Sequence record: OR413575.1
Strand: one strand, 5' to 3'
Length of the DNA stretch: 64,000 bases
Within the stretch, counting starts at the first letter, position 1. Each line of letters begins with the position of its first letter. A program made the translations under genes and the position numbers. The notes under the pieces were generated by a model that did no database searches, was not told the origin of the DNA, and was given only the letters and a program-made list of their open reading frames with translations. Of the stretch, positions 55,275 through 64,000 are shown in pieces.

Positions 55275-56630
55275 ATGGCTAAAGAAATTGATAAGTTTTA
55301 CGACGAAATCCGTCAGAGCATGGGTTTCGGTAAAGACGACCATGAAGGTTGGACGATTGAAATGCCTGGGGGATCCGTCCCCCTTACCCTTAAAGGTAAA
55401 CAGATGGTCACGCCTACGCGTGAAGTTCTGAAAGCAGCTGAGTGGGATAAATATCAACCTTTCCACCCGCTGTGCGAAAACATTCGTCGTCGTAAGTCTC
55501 TGGTACTCAGTCGTTTACAGACTTACGGGACGGCTCGTCTTCGGACTGTACTGGTTGACATCATTAACAAGATGCTTGAAATTGCATCAGATTCAGATAG
55601 CCACGATAAGTTGACTATCGACCAGCGTGAGATTTTGAAGTTGTTCGCTACCATGTCTTCCAAGACAGTTAAGAACATCACCAATCTCCTCACCAAAGTC
55701 GTAGCGGCACAGCCGGGTGAATCTGAACTGATCGCAATGGGCGTACGTCGCAGTGGTACGTGGAAAGGCGAAGACTACGATCGCCTGGCAACGGTTAACT
55801 TCCCAATCATGGATGAAGAACATGTGGAAGGTGGTAAGGTGTTCGGTGTAGCAGTAACTGTACGGGATAAGGAAATCCTGTATAAAGTACTGCGTTTCAT
55901 CCTGCCGAAGATCGATGAGCCGGAAGCATATAGCTACGGCACACGTTCTGAGATTGCGCCACAGTTTCATTGTCTGATGATGTCTTTCCACGCGGTAGCG
56001 GTTGACCTTAACCGTGTAACCAAGTTGATTGGCGGAATCGACAAAGAATTCTTCAAGCGTAATCATATCCTGACTACCTGGTCGGCACAGATGCCTAACC
56101 TGTATGATTATAAGGACATGATCCCTACGCTGGATGGAAACGATGGAGAGCCTAACAAGGATGAGGTTGAAAAAGAACGTGCAGCTCAAGATGCTCGCGA
56201 TCGCCGTAAAGGTGTAGTGAAAGAAGAGCCACGTGAGAAAATCAACCCGTTCAAACGTGAACCTCGTAAGGACGATCGTCGCGATGACCGTGATCGTGAT
56301 CGCCGCCGCGATGATGATCGAGACGACCGCCGTCGTAGCTTCCGTGATGAAGACGATGATCGTCGTAGTCGCCGAGACGATCGGGATGATCGTCGCCGTT
56401 CGTTCCGTGACGACGACCGTCGTGGACGTAGTCGTTATGATGACGATGATGATTACTACGAAGATCGTGGTAGTCGCCGTCGTAGCTTCCGCGACGATGA
56501 TCGTCGGGATAACCGCGATGAAAATGGCATTACTATTAACCGTAGAAATGACCGTGGCCGTGACCGTTACGATGATCGTTATGATCGTCGAGATGACCGT
56601 CGTGGATCACGTCGTCGTTCATTCCGTTAA
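55275..56630 (+). CDS. core protein (phiKZ gp70 position) with about 120-aa Arg/Asp low-complexity tail
   Basis: FHPLCE and YSYG..S..AP.F motifs; RRRSFR occurs four times in the tail. Confidence 0.65.
   Translation: MAKEIDKFYDEIRQSMGFGKDDHEGWTIEMPGGSVPLTLKGKQMVTPTREVLKAAEWDKYQPFHPLCENIRRRKSLVLSRLQTYGTARLRTVLVDIINKMLEIASDSDSHDKLTIDQREILKLFATMSSKTVKNITNLLTKVVAAQPGESELIAMGVRRSGTWKGEDYDRLATVNFPIMDEEHVEGGKVFGVAVTVRDKEILYKVLRFILPKIDEPEAYSYGTRSEIAPQFHCLMMSFHAVAVDLNRVTKLIGGIDKEFFKRNHILTTWSAQMPNLYDYKDMIPTLDGNDGEPNKDEVEKERAAQDARDRRKGVVKEEPREKINPFKREPRKDDRRDDRDRDRRRDDDRDDRRRSFRDEDDDRRSRRDDRDDRRRSFRDDDRRGRSRYDDDDDYYEDRGSRRRSFRDDDRRDNRDENGITINRRNDRGRDRYDDRYDRRDDRRGSRRRSFR
56266..56630 (+). repeat. imperfect coding repeats (CGT/GAT-rich) encoding RD/RRRSFR units
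   Basis: CGTCGTAGCTTCCG at 56331 and 56481, with variants at about 56391 and 56612. Confidence 0.8.
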
Positions 56631-56645
56631 TAGATGATAAAGATT

Positions 56646-56677
56646 AGGGGCCTTCGGGCTCCTTTTCTTTTTTGTCT
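56646..56677 (+). terminator. intrinsic terminator
   Basis: GGGGCC-TTCG-GGCTCC, U-tract, GTC. Confidence 0.75.
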
Positions 56678-56686
56678 GGGGGACAT

Positions 56687-57190
56687 ATGCGTAAAACACT
56701 ATTAAGTTCAATCTACGATGCATTCAGTGACTACGGTTATACCGATGAAGAGATTGATGAAGTAATGCATGAACTACTTGTCAAGGACGAAATAGAAGCG
56801 GATTTAGAACACGGATGTTGTTTACCGGCGTTGACTGCGCAATGGATGCAGATTAAGAAGTATCAGTACATGCGTGATGAATTCAACTTTGAACTTATCC
56901 GTCAGGGCGATGTAGGGGAATGGGCAAGCATCATTAAGCTCATGGTATTGGACTGTACAACTAAGGAAGCACAACGTTGGGCAGAACAATCTATCCGTTA
57001 TGTAATATCACCGGCTTATTGGCGCGATACTAAGATTATGTACGGAGTATCTTATTACCTTAACAAAGCAGCTATTAATAGCATGATACCTTTCGATGTA
57101 ATTGCTGAAGCAGTAACTGCTGGTTATAATACTCACTATGGCCGTGACTTCGATAATCTGAAAGAAGAGATAAGGAAATATGTGGAATGA
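56687..57190 (+). CDS. hypothetical acidic helical protein
   Basis: GGGGGA SD before ATG 56687. Confidence 0.65.
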   Translation: MRKTLLSSIYDAFSDYGYTDEEIDEVMHELLVKDEIEADLEHGCCLPALTAQWMQIKKYQYMRDEFNFELIRQGDVGEWASIIKLMVLDCTTKEAQRWAEQSIRYVISPAYWRDTKIMYGVSYYLNKAAINSMIPFDVIAEAVTAGYNTHYGRDFDNLKEEIRKYVE

Positions 57191-57582
57191 ATGCTGAAAG
57201 TAATACAATTGTACACCGTTTACGTGAACTTGATTTAGACGGTATCGAAGACATCGTTCTGTATATTACTCAGGACATATCTGACGAATCGATGGAAACC
57301 ATCATTAACAAACATTTTGTTAACCACATGGTCATGATCATCGGTAACCAACTAAAAGAAGACGGTTTGCAATTCACTAGTGAAGTGATGTCTAATCTTT
57401 CTGATGATTTCACTGCAGCTTGTGTAGCACGCTGGATGGACGATGTCGGACGCGAAGATGCTGATTCCGGAATGGTTACATTCGAAGAAGGTCGGAGAGT
57501 CATGCTCGAATATCATGACAAGCAGTTACGTTACCGTGCAGTGGTTAAGGATGCACTTGGCCGTAAACGCAATCTACAGTGA
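57187..57582 (+). CDS. hypothetical acidic protein
   Basis: ATGA overlap. Confidence 0.65.
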   Translation: MNAESNTIVHRLRELDLDGIEDIVLYITQDISDESMETIINKHFVNHMVMIIGNQLKEDGLQFTSEVMSNLSDDFTAACVARWMDDVGREDADSGMVTFEEGRRVMLEYHDKQLRYRAVVKDALGRKRNLQ

Positions 57583-57625
57583 CAGCACAAGAGAAGGGAC
57601 ATATGTCCCTTCTCTCTTTTTTGAC
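57581..57625. terminator. bidirectional terminator
   Basis: AGAGAAGGGAC-ATAT-GTCCCTTCTCT; U-tract and GAC on +; TTGTGCTGTC on -. Confidence 0.85.
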
Positions 57626-57646
57626 GCGTAGGAGATATACTTTGTA

Positions 57647-57988
57647 TTACGGCAGCGATGCCAAAAACGCGCTATGCAAGTCATCTATCAATTTTAGTCT
57701 GGGGTAGATAATAACATCGTATTTGCTATCGAATTGAGTAGGTGAGGTCATTCCGTTGGCACGCATGATGATGTACCAATATTTACGTTCAGGCGTAATT
57801 TCTTCACGTATAAAGGAATGAAAGTTGTGTTTGTGGTGTTCATGCATAATCGGGTCAACTGTTAATGCTTCAATGTTGTTGACTCGAAGAATGTTAGGTA
57901 AGTTATCCTCAACAGTTGCGATCCACAAAGGATTATACCAGCTAGCACCGCCTGGCTGGTTCATGAGTTCTTTCATCGGCATAATCAA
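57647..57988 (-). CDS. small protein with LysM-like / T4 gp53-like motif
   Basis: YWYIIMRANGMTSP resembles the gp53-type YW.I...N....P motif. Confidence 0.45.
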   Translation of the reverse strand: MIMPMKELMNQPGGASWYNPLWIATVEDNLPNILRVNNIEALTVDPIMHEHHKHNFHSFIREEITPERKYWYIIMRANGMTSPTQFDSKYDVIIYPRLKLIDDLHSAFLASLP

Positions 57989-58001
57989 AAGATCCTATAA
58001 G

Positions 58002-58020
58002 TATATATTACCTAAGTGTA
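58002..58020 (+). promoter_or_regulatory. early-type phage promoter
   Basis: TATATATTAC-CTA-AGTGTA. Confidence 0.7.
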
Positions 58021-58052
58021 ATAGTTAATCGTTAATTAAAAGGAGTTCCTTT

Positions 58053-60170
58053 ATGGCACTAAAGCGAGCGTTACCAAATGACCGTCAGATAACTCCTCAG
58101 CTAGCAGGATTATCTACAAACATGGTTTCAATGTCTCCAGGCGTATCTGCTTCGCGTGGTCAGATGGAAGGTGGTCAGGCTGCTCAAACGTTAGTGTTAA
58201 ATAACCCAGACTATCCACGTACGTACACCTGCGTGGAACAGGAAATGGCAAAATATACTTTTGCTAGTCGTGCCCGGTTTAACTGTGAAGTTATAGCTGT
58301 TATCGACAAGTTCCGTACAGGGTTATCGCGAGATGCTTTTTTGACCAACCCGTACTCGTTAGCGATCGTACGCGATTTAACGCGCCGCGGAAATCACTTC
58401 GATGTAATTGAAATCCCGACGTACTTCTCGCATCATAACAACTTCGGTTATATGGGTGTTCCTCAACCGGCTCTTAAGAAAATCAGGCACCGCCCATGCC
58501 ACTTAGAAAAAGGTGAGACGTTATACGACTCCCCAGGTAATGGTCCAGAAGGTTTCTATCGTCGTGGATTATTATCCAAAGTGGCGTTCTTAACCTCGCC
58601 TTATGTAACCGAGGATGGTTACTGGGCAAGTAACGAATGGTGCGAACGGGCGACTGCAACTGGCATTGGAGAAATCTTCATCACGGTTCCGAAAGGGCAT
58701 TATCTCTTACCTATTAACGGTACAAAAGACAATCCGAAATTCATCCCTTCACTGGGTGAAAAGATTCGTCCTGACGGCATGGTGTTATGTACTCGTGAAG
58801 CAGATCCAATCCTGGAGCTGTTCCAGCTTACCGATAAAGGGTCAAAAGAAGTGGACCTGACATTCGATGAGCCGAAGTACATTGAAGGCAGTTGCCGTAA
58901 TGCAACTGTCATCGACATTGAAGTGTATTTAAACGAACAAGAGTTCTTAAATACTCAGCCGTGTATGTTGGATGATGATGGTAACGAAATCCCGAACCAG
59001 ATTGTACAGATCTGGAATGAACATAAACGTTACTATGGAGATATCATCAAAGTAGCAGAAGAGATTGAACGTGAGTGCGGAAAAACTCGCCCGGCGCAGT
59101 TTGAGAATCTCTTGTGTCAGGAGATTTATAAAGCTCAACACGTAGTCGGTTACAAGAATGCGAAACCTATTCGTTTCATGAATCACAGTCAAGCTATTCC
59201 GACTGCTACTATTCGTATTAAGTATAAATACGATATCATCCCTGAGATCGGTTCTAAGATTGCCGGGGACTTCGGTGATAAAGGTGTGTTATGTCGTAAG
59301 ACCCCAGCTAGTTGGATGCCTAAAGATAAACACGGGTTCGTTTGCGATCTCGTAGTACACGCCAACGCGACTATCAACCGAATGATCTCTGTACGTTTGG
59401 ATGATCAGTATTTGGGAGCTCAATGTCTGTTGAAGGAAAAACGGGTCAAAGAGCTTTGGGAAGATGATAAATGGGAAGAAGCATTCGAGGTATTAGCTGA
59501 GTTCTATTCCGTAGCGACACCACGTGCTTATAAGGATAAGTTCCTGCCGTTCATGGTAACTAAGGAACGTCGTTATAATCATGTTAAATCCGTTGTGAAC
59601 GGGCATATCATGCTGGAACTCAAGCAAAACGATACGCCGAACTTCATTGATCTTACTGAAGCATTAGAAGATCGCTGGCCGTATGATAAAGGACCAGTTA
59701 CATTCCTGAATACTCACGGGTTACCTCGTAAGTCTAAGGGAGATGTAATCATCGGTACATCCTACATTCGTGTACTGGAGAAAACCGGGCATGATTGGGG
59801 TGCTGTGGATAGCCCTGCTCGTCAGGCTCATGGTATCGCAGCGAAGGTTACTCACCGTGACCGTCATGCACGTCCATATCGTAAGCAACCGTATCGTTAT
59901 GGCGAATCAGAACTCCGTCCAATCGTAGCACTTTGCGGCGAAGACTGGGCAGCTGATATCATGGATCGTTCTAATAACCCGAAAGCCTCCGAAGAGATTT
60001 TCCGCAATATCATGGAACATGAAACTCCGTCCAACATGGAAGAAGTAATTGACCGTAATAAAGTACCAGTAGGTAGTTCAGTAACGCACCAATATTTGCG
60101 CAACGCGTTATATACTTCTGGTTCTGAATTTGAGCGTACTGATATCGGTAAGAAAACCGGAGATAAATAA
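58053..60170 (+). CDS. non-virion RNA polymerase beta-like subunit, C-terminal part (phiKZ gp71/73-like), uninterrupted
   Basis: SASRGQM..GQ, TEDG and IGSKIAGDFGDKG (GDK...GNKG equivalent) motifs. Confidence 0.88.
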   Translation: MALKRALPNDRQITPQLAGLSTNMVSMSPGVSASRGQMEGGQAAQTLVLNNPDYPRTYTCVEQEMAKYTFASRARFNCEVIAVIDKFRTGLSRDAFLTNPYSLAIVRDLTRRGNHFDVIEIPTYFSHHNNFGYMGVPQPALKKIRHRPCHLEKGETLYDSPGNGPEGFYRRGLLSKVAFLTSPYVTEDGYWASNEWCERATATGIGEIFITVPKGHYLLPINGTKDNPKFIPSLGEKIRPDGMVLCTREADPILELFQLTDKGSKEVDLTFDEPKYIEGSCRNATVIDIEVYLNEQEFLNTQPCMLDDDGNEIPNQIVQIWNEHKRYYGDIIKVAEEIERECGKTRPAQFENLLCQEIYKAQHVVGYKNAKPIRFMNHSQAIPTATIRIKYKYDIIPEIGSKIAGDFGDKGVLCRKTPASWMPKDKHGFVCDLVVHANATINRMISVRLDDQYLGAQCLLKEKRVKELWEDDKWEEAFEVLAEFYSVATPRAYKDKFLPFMVTKERRYNHVKSVVNGHIMLELKQNDTPNFIDLTEALEDRWPYDKGPVTFLNTHGLPRKSKGDVIIGTSYIRVLEKTGHDWGAVDSPARQAHGIAAKVTHRDRHARPYRKQPYRYGESELRPIVALCGEDWAADIMDRSNNPKASEEIFRNIMEHETPSNMEEVIDRNKVPVGSSVTHQYLRNALYTSGSEFERTDIGKKTGDK

Positions 60171-62195
60171 GTGGAAAAAGTTTACGCCCGTGAGCTATTA
60201 CATTGGGACACTCGCGACCTTTTAACCAATGAAGATAATCTGGAGCCAATACTCGTAGAGTTCGATGATGAAGTAATTGAAACTACGTGGCAAGAAACAA
60301 TTGTGTCTCGGCTGTTCTGGAAGTTCCATATCGAATATCCGGATACTCCGTTGAATGCACATAGCCATGTTCAAGGAGAGTTCTTGTCTCCTGGACTACA
60401 GAAGAAGCTGTTAGAGCGAGGGAAAGCAGATGTTCGCGAAGCGTATCCGGAAGTAGACGATGAGGATCTTAACCTCATCGCTTACCAGATAACGAATGAT
60501 TGCCATAACATGGCAGTGGGCGATCTGGAAGAATATACTGGTACAATGGATGCACTAGCATTCTTACAGATCAAAAAAGATGCCGAGATTCAGAAGATCC
60601 GTGAGGAGATTTATGAAGATCCGTCTAAGCGTACCGTTAACAAGGTCTATCGTAATATCCGTTCTATACTGATGTACGAACCACGTTACCGGAACAACCC
60701 AATCGCGATCTCGTTGAATCAAGGAACGATTAAACAGGGTCAGTTACTCCAGATCATCGGGTTCCGTGGATTCTGCTCAGAGATCAACCAAAAGATCTTT
60801 AAGCACATTATCCCGGTTGGGTTTATGGAAGGATTGACAAGACTGTCTTTCTACGGAATGGAGTCACGTTCAGCATCTACAGCTATGTTATCAACGGATG
60901 ATCCGGTTAAGACCACTGAGTATTATAACCGTGAGCTGCAATTACTGAACTACGGAGTTACGGAGATTGACTTCGAGGATTGCGGTAGTGATGAAACCAT
61001 GCCATGGAAAGTAACTGATTCCGACCTGGATGAAATGTTACCTGGTAAATTCTACGTTAAAGGGAAAGAGTTGATCATGATACGGAAACGTGATCGACAT
61101 CTGGTGGGTAAAACAATTGAGCTTCGCGTACCGGCTTATTGTCATCACCCTGACGACGGGGTTATTTGTAAATACTGTCTTGGCGAAGTAGCTGAGTCTT
61201 TCCAGCGGAACGGGAACGCTCAATATCAAGCAACCGTAAGTCAGAACGAAACTGTATCTCAGCAAACGATATCCGTTAAACACTTACTGATGTCAGCTGA
61301 ATCAGATTCGTACCATATCGATCCATACTACGCAGTGTATTTTGATAACTCGGCGAATGATAAGGAAATCATACTGGCGTCGGATATCTGGCAGAAGCAC
61401 GATGTTAAGTTGATCTTCAACCGCTATGATATTCATCGCCTGGCTGACATCAACCAAGCAGAGCGTTTAGATCAGGAAGATACCAGTTCCTTCTCCAAGT
61501 TAAGAACTGTCACGCTCTCATATCGGGATTCCAAAAACAAAGACCCAGTTACTCAACCGGTACCACTGAACCATGGATCTTATACTCCGTTCTTAACGAA
61601 GGAGTTCCTGAAGTATATCAGTGATTACGGGCATGAAGAAGCTAATGGTGAGATCATTGTTAGTTTAGCTAACTGGCCGGATGGTGAAGTCATCTTCCGT
61701 TTACCTGAACGTCGTAGTTCGGTACTGGAAGCAGCAGTTGCATTGAAGAAGGAAATCTTTGCGATTGGCGATAGTGGTCGAGACGGGAAAGCTCGATTAG
61801 CTATGGACTTACGTGATCCCATGTTGTTGTCTAAAGCAATCCGTGATATTGCAGAACTAACCAACTCACGATTCAAGGTATCGCTACCGATCATTGAGTT
61901 AGTTATGTTGGCGATGATGGGACGTGATCCTGATAATGGCGATTATCGGATGCCGCGTAAAGGAACGGGCGCTAGATTCGCTACACAACGCGCTATAATG
62001 AACGGACGTAGTCTATCAGGTAAGATGGCGTATGAGCGACAATATGAAGCTGGAGTGGATCCTGCGAGTTATTTGGATATACCTCGCGGTGATCATCCGT
62101 TCGACGAGTTCCTGGTACCTATAGGAAACCGGAGCAACCAGTGGCGCGAACGTCCTAAAGGAACATATTACGGACGAGTTGTAAGGAAGTCATAA
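60171..62195 (+). CDS. non-virion RNA polymerase beta-prime-like subunit, C-terminal part (phiKZ gp74-like)
   Basis: QIIGFRG, GFMEGL, ESRSA and the Zn site C..P...IC..C.G. Confidence 0.88.
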   Translation: MEKVYARELLHWDTRDLLTNEDNLEPILVEFDDEVIETTWQETIVSRLFWKFHIEYPDTPLNAHSHVQGEFLSPGLQKKLLERGKADVREAYPEVDDEDLNLIAYQITNDCHNMAVGDLEEYTGTMDALAFLQIKKDAEIQKIREEIYEDPSKRTVNKVYRNIRSILMYEPRYRNNPIAISLNQGTIKQGQLLQIIGFRGFCSEINQKIFKHIIPVGFMEGLTRLSFYGMESRSASTAMLSTDDPVKTTEYYNRELQLLNYGVTEIDFEDCGSDETMPWKVTDSDLDEMLPGKFYVKGKELIMIRKRDRHLVGKTIELRVPAYCHHPDDGVICKYCLGEVAESFQRNGNAQYQATVSQNETVSQQTISVKHLLMSAESDSYHIDPYYAVYFDNSANDKEIILASDIWQKHDVKLIFNRYDIHRLADINQAERLDQEDTSSFSKLRTVTLSYRDSKNKDPVTQPVPLNHGSYTPFLTKEFLKYISDYGHEEANGEIIVSLANWPDGEVIFRLPERRSSVLEAAVALKKEIFAIGDSGRDGKARLAMDLRDPMLLSKAIRDIAELTNSRFKVSLPIIELVMLAMMGRDPDNGDYRMPRKGTGARFATQRAIMNGRSLSGKMAYERQYEAGVDPASYLDIPRGDHPFDEFLVPIGNRSNQWRERPKGTYYGRVVRKS

Positions 62196-62203
62196 TCAGT
62201 ACG

Positions 62204-62234
62204 CCCTCTCCTTAGGGAGAGGGTTTATGACTGC
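62204..62234 (+). terminator. hairpin with TTTATGACTGC tail
   Basis: CCCTCTCC-TTAG-GGAGAGGG; no U-tract. Confidence 0.6.
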
Positions 62235-62294
62235 TTCGTTAATTGACCTTTCATTTTTTACGCATCTTGTAAATAATGAAGTATCGATCAATTA

Positions 62295-63863
62295 ATGTGT
62301 ATCTATCGAAGATGTGACCGTAAGGAGCACCAAGTGATACAAGGCAAACTGAGGAAGTACAGCCATTACTTTACAGTAGTTGGCTTAGAGCCTAAGCTGC
62401 GTAACGCGCTCCTTGCTTACATGAAGGAGGAGACGTTAGAGCTAGGGTTAGTTAAGAAGCGTGGTCGTTTCATTAACGAACCTAAGCGTATGTGGTGTCG
62501 TCGTTCATTACGTACAGAAGAACGTGCGTTCAATATAAATGAATATGATACGTTCATGCAGTACATGGCTCGATACAACATACTCGAATCAGACTTCGAC
62601 CTGAAAGAAGTTAAACCTTACGCGGGTGAAACTGTAGTATTCGATGGAGAGTGTTGGTCACCGTTCCCTCAACAGGAACCGTTGATCGAACATGCGTTAG
62701 GTGATCATCACCAATACGCAATCACGGCTAGTCCTGGTTTTGGAAAGACGGTGTGCTCTTTATTAGTAGCGAAAGCTATTGGTAAACGATTCGCGGTCGT
62801 GACCAAAGGTGGGTATGAGGGTCGGTGGGTTCCAGCTTTCTACGATATTATTGGGTTAAAGCCTACAGAGGTTCGATCTTGTTGTGGGGCGAAGGCTATT
62901 GAAAAACTATGTGCGGAGTTTAAGAAACATGGCCCGGAAGAAACCAAAGCTATATTCTTTAGCATTGGAGGACTCAGGGATTATATCAAGAACTTCGAGG
63001 CAGGTAAGTACAAAAGTCGTAAACACCCGTGTCACGACATACCACCTGAGAAGCTGTTTAAGTTCCTAGGGATAGGACTGAAAATAGTAGATGAAGCGCA
63101 CCAGGAAATACATGCCCATTACATCTTGGACTTGTATACCAACGTTAAGCATTCTTTATACTTAACGGGTACGTTGATTCCTCAGACGGACTTCATGGCT
63201 AAGCGTTATCAAATCTTCTTGCCGGATGCAATCCGTAAGTCAGATGAGAAGTTAAACATCTACGCTAAAGCAGTTGAAGTATTCTATCGATTGCATGATC
63301 CTGAACATGCGAGATTCGTCGGACCGCAAGGTTCCTACAGCCACGTTACATACGAGCAATGGCTGATGAAAGACGAGAAGCGATTGAAGAACTGGTTAGA
63401 AGCAACGTACGATTATGTGGTTTCATCTTGGGCCGCTAACCGTACAGAAGAAACGAAAGCGTTATTGTTCGCAGCTACAATTGAGCTGTGTGATAAGATG
63501 CGTGAGTACTTTGCTCGTCGATTCCCTGATATGCGAGTTTGTCAGTATAAAGCTGGCGACCCGTACGATTACCTTGTAGATAACGATATCTTATTCGCTA
63601 CTCTGGGTAAAGCTGGTACTGCTGTTGACATCCCTGACTTAGAGCAGGTATTCATGACTACAGCTATCAACTCAGGTAATGCTAACATTCAGGCATTCGG
63701 TCGTTTACGTGACCTGAAACAATATCCAGAACTTACTCCTGTATTCCACTGGTTTACTTGCCTCGATGTTGACCGGCAAGTTGAATACGGTAAGGATAAA
63801 CGTAAGCTCTTGGAGAAACGTGTTAAGGGTATACGGACAGAATACATGTCGAAGAAAATATAA
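62295..63863 (+). CDS. superfamily 2 helicase (phiKZ gp75-like)
   Basis: ASPGFGKT, IVDEAH, LTGT, GTAVDIP and QAFGRLR motifs. Confidence 0.88.
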   Translation: MCIYRRCDRKEHQVIQGKLRKYSHYFTVVGLEPKLRNALLAYMKEETLELGLVKKRGRFINEPKRMWCRRSLRTEERAFNINEYDTFMQYMARYNILESDFDLKEVKPYAGETVVFDGECWSPFPQQEPLIEHALGDHHQYAITASPGFGKTVCSLLVAKAIGKRFAVVTKGGYEGRWVPAFYDIIGLKPTEVRSCCGAKAIEKLCAEFKKHGPEETKAIFFSIGGLRDYIKNFEAGKYKSRKHPCHDIPPEKLFKFLGIGLKIVDEAHQEIHAHYILDLYTNVKHSLYLTGTLIPQTDFMAKRYQIFLPDAIRKSDEKLNIYAKAVEVFYRLHDPEHARFVGPQGSYSHVTYEQWLMKDEKRLKNWLEATYDYVVSSWAANRTEETKALLFAATIELCDKMREYFARRFPDMRVCQYKAGDPYDYLVDNDILFATLGKAGTAVDIPDLEQVFMTTAINSGNANIQAFGRLRDLKQYPELTPVFHWFTCLDVDRQVEYGKDKRKLLEKRVKGIRTEYMSKKI

Positions 63864-63868
63864 ACTGC

Positions 63869-63902
63869 AAGAGTCCTACGGGACTCTTCTTTTTTTTTTG
63901 TC
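63869..63902 (+). terminator. intrinsic terminator
   Basis: AAGAGTCC-TACG-GGACTCTT, long U-tract, GTC. Confidence 0.85.
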
Positions 63903-63960
63903 AAAAATGAGATAGTCTTGCTATTAGTTGAGCTAAGTTTCCATTATTCGAGGTCTTACC

Positions 63961-64000
63961 ATGTTCCCTAAATTCAAAGTTAAAATGTCAGTGATGGCAC
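63961..64000 (+). CDS. 5' end of the next gene, truncated by the window
   Basis: GAGGT SD, then ATG TTC CCT AAA, open to the edge. Confidence 0.45.
   Translation, partial: MFPKFKVKMSVMA

Noticed and set aside
56266-56630. Repeats considered as a CRISPR-like or non-coding array
   Set aside because: Imperfect, in-frame and without spacers; explained by the protein's low complexity.
56233-56637. 134-aa hydrophobic +1-frame ORF over the RD tail
   Set aside because: CGT/GAT codons cannot create stops in the +1 frame, so openness is automatic; no slippery site identified.
1-64000. Assignment to a named phage or host
   Set aside because: Cannot be supported without a database search; only family-level placement is justified.

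Overview
This window is part of a nucleus-forming jumbo phage genome (phiKZ-like, Chimalliviridae). The call rests on catalytic motifs plus gene order recalled from that family. It holds a tail and packaging block (tube, sheath, baseplate-region genes, large terminase) and about 17 kb of early accessory genes. It then carries the conserved core block: PhuZ tubulin, a run of 11 small acidic ORFs, the family-B DNA polymerase catalytic subunit, chimallin (ChmA), split non-virion RNA polymerase subunits (one with NADFDGD), an SbcD-like nuclease, ChmC-, sigma-like- and PicA-position genes, and an SF2 helicase. Two muralytic enzymes are present (GH19 and a signal-peptide SLT). I saw no tRNA, CRISPR array, intron or intein. 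The observations least explained by this annotation are: (1) several ORF-poor, structured intervals bounded by TATG-type starts and terminators, which are candidate phage small RNAs (16453-16897, 34827-35076, 2448-2560, 22801-22986), two of them with a micro-ORF whose Shine-Dalgarno is buried in a stem; (2) a second terminator class in which the hairpin is followed by (T)TRTGCTGTC instead of a U-tract; (3) an array of 11 deeply diverged, same-architecture ORFs between PhuZ and the polymerase; (4) a possible second in-frame start in ChmA and a possible +1 frameshift extension of ChmC; (5) a prohead-protease-like domain lacking its catalytic residues; (6) a 32-aa cationic peptide coupled to PhuZ. 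phiKZ gene numbers are positional recollections, not search results. All RNA structures and alignments were read by eye.
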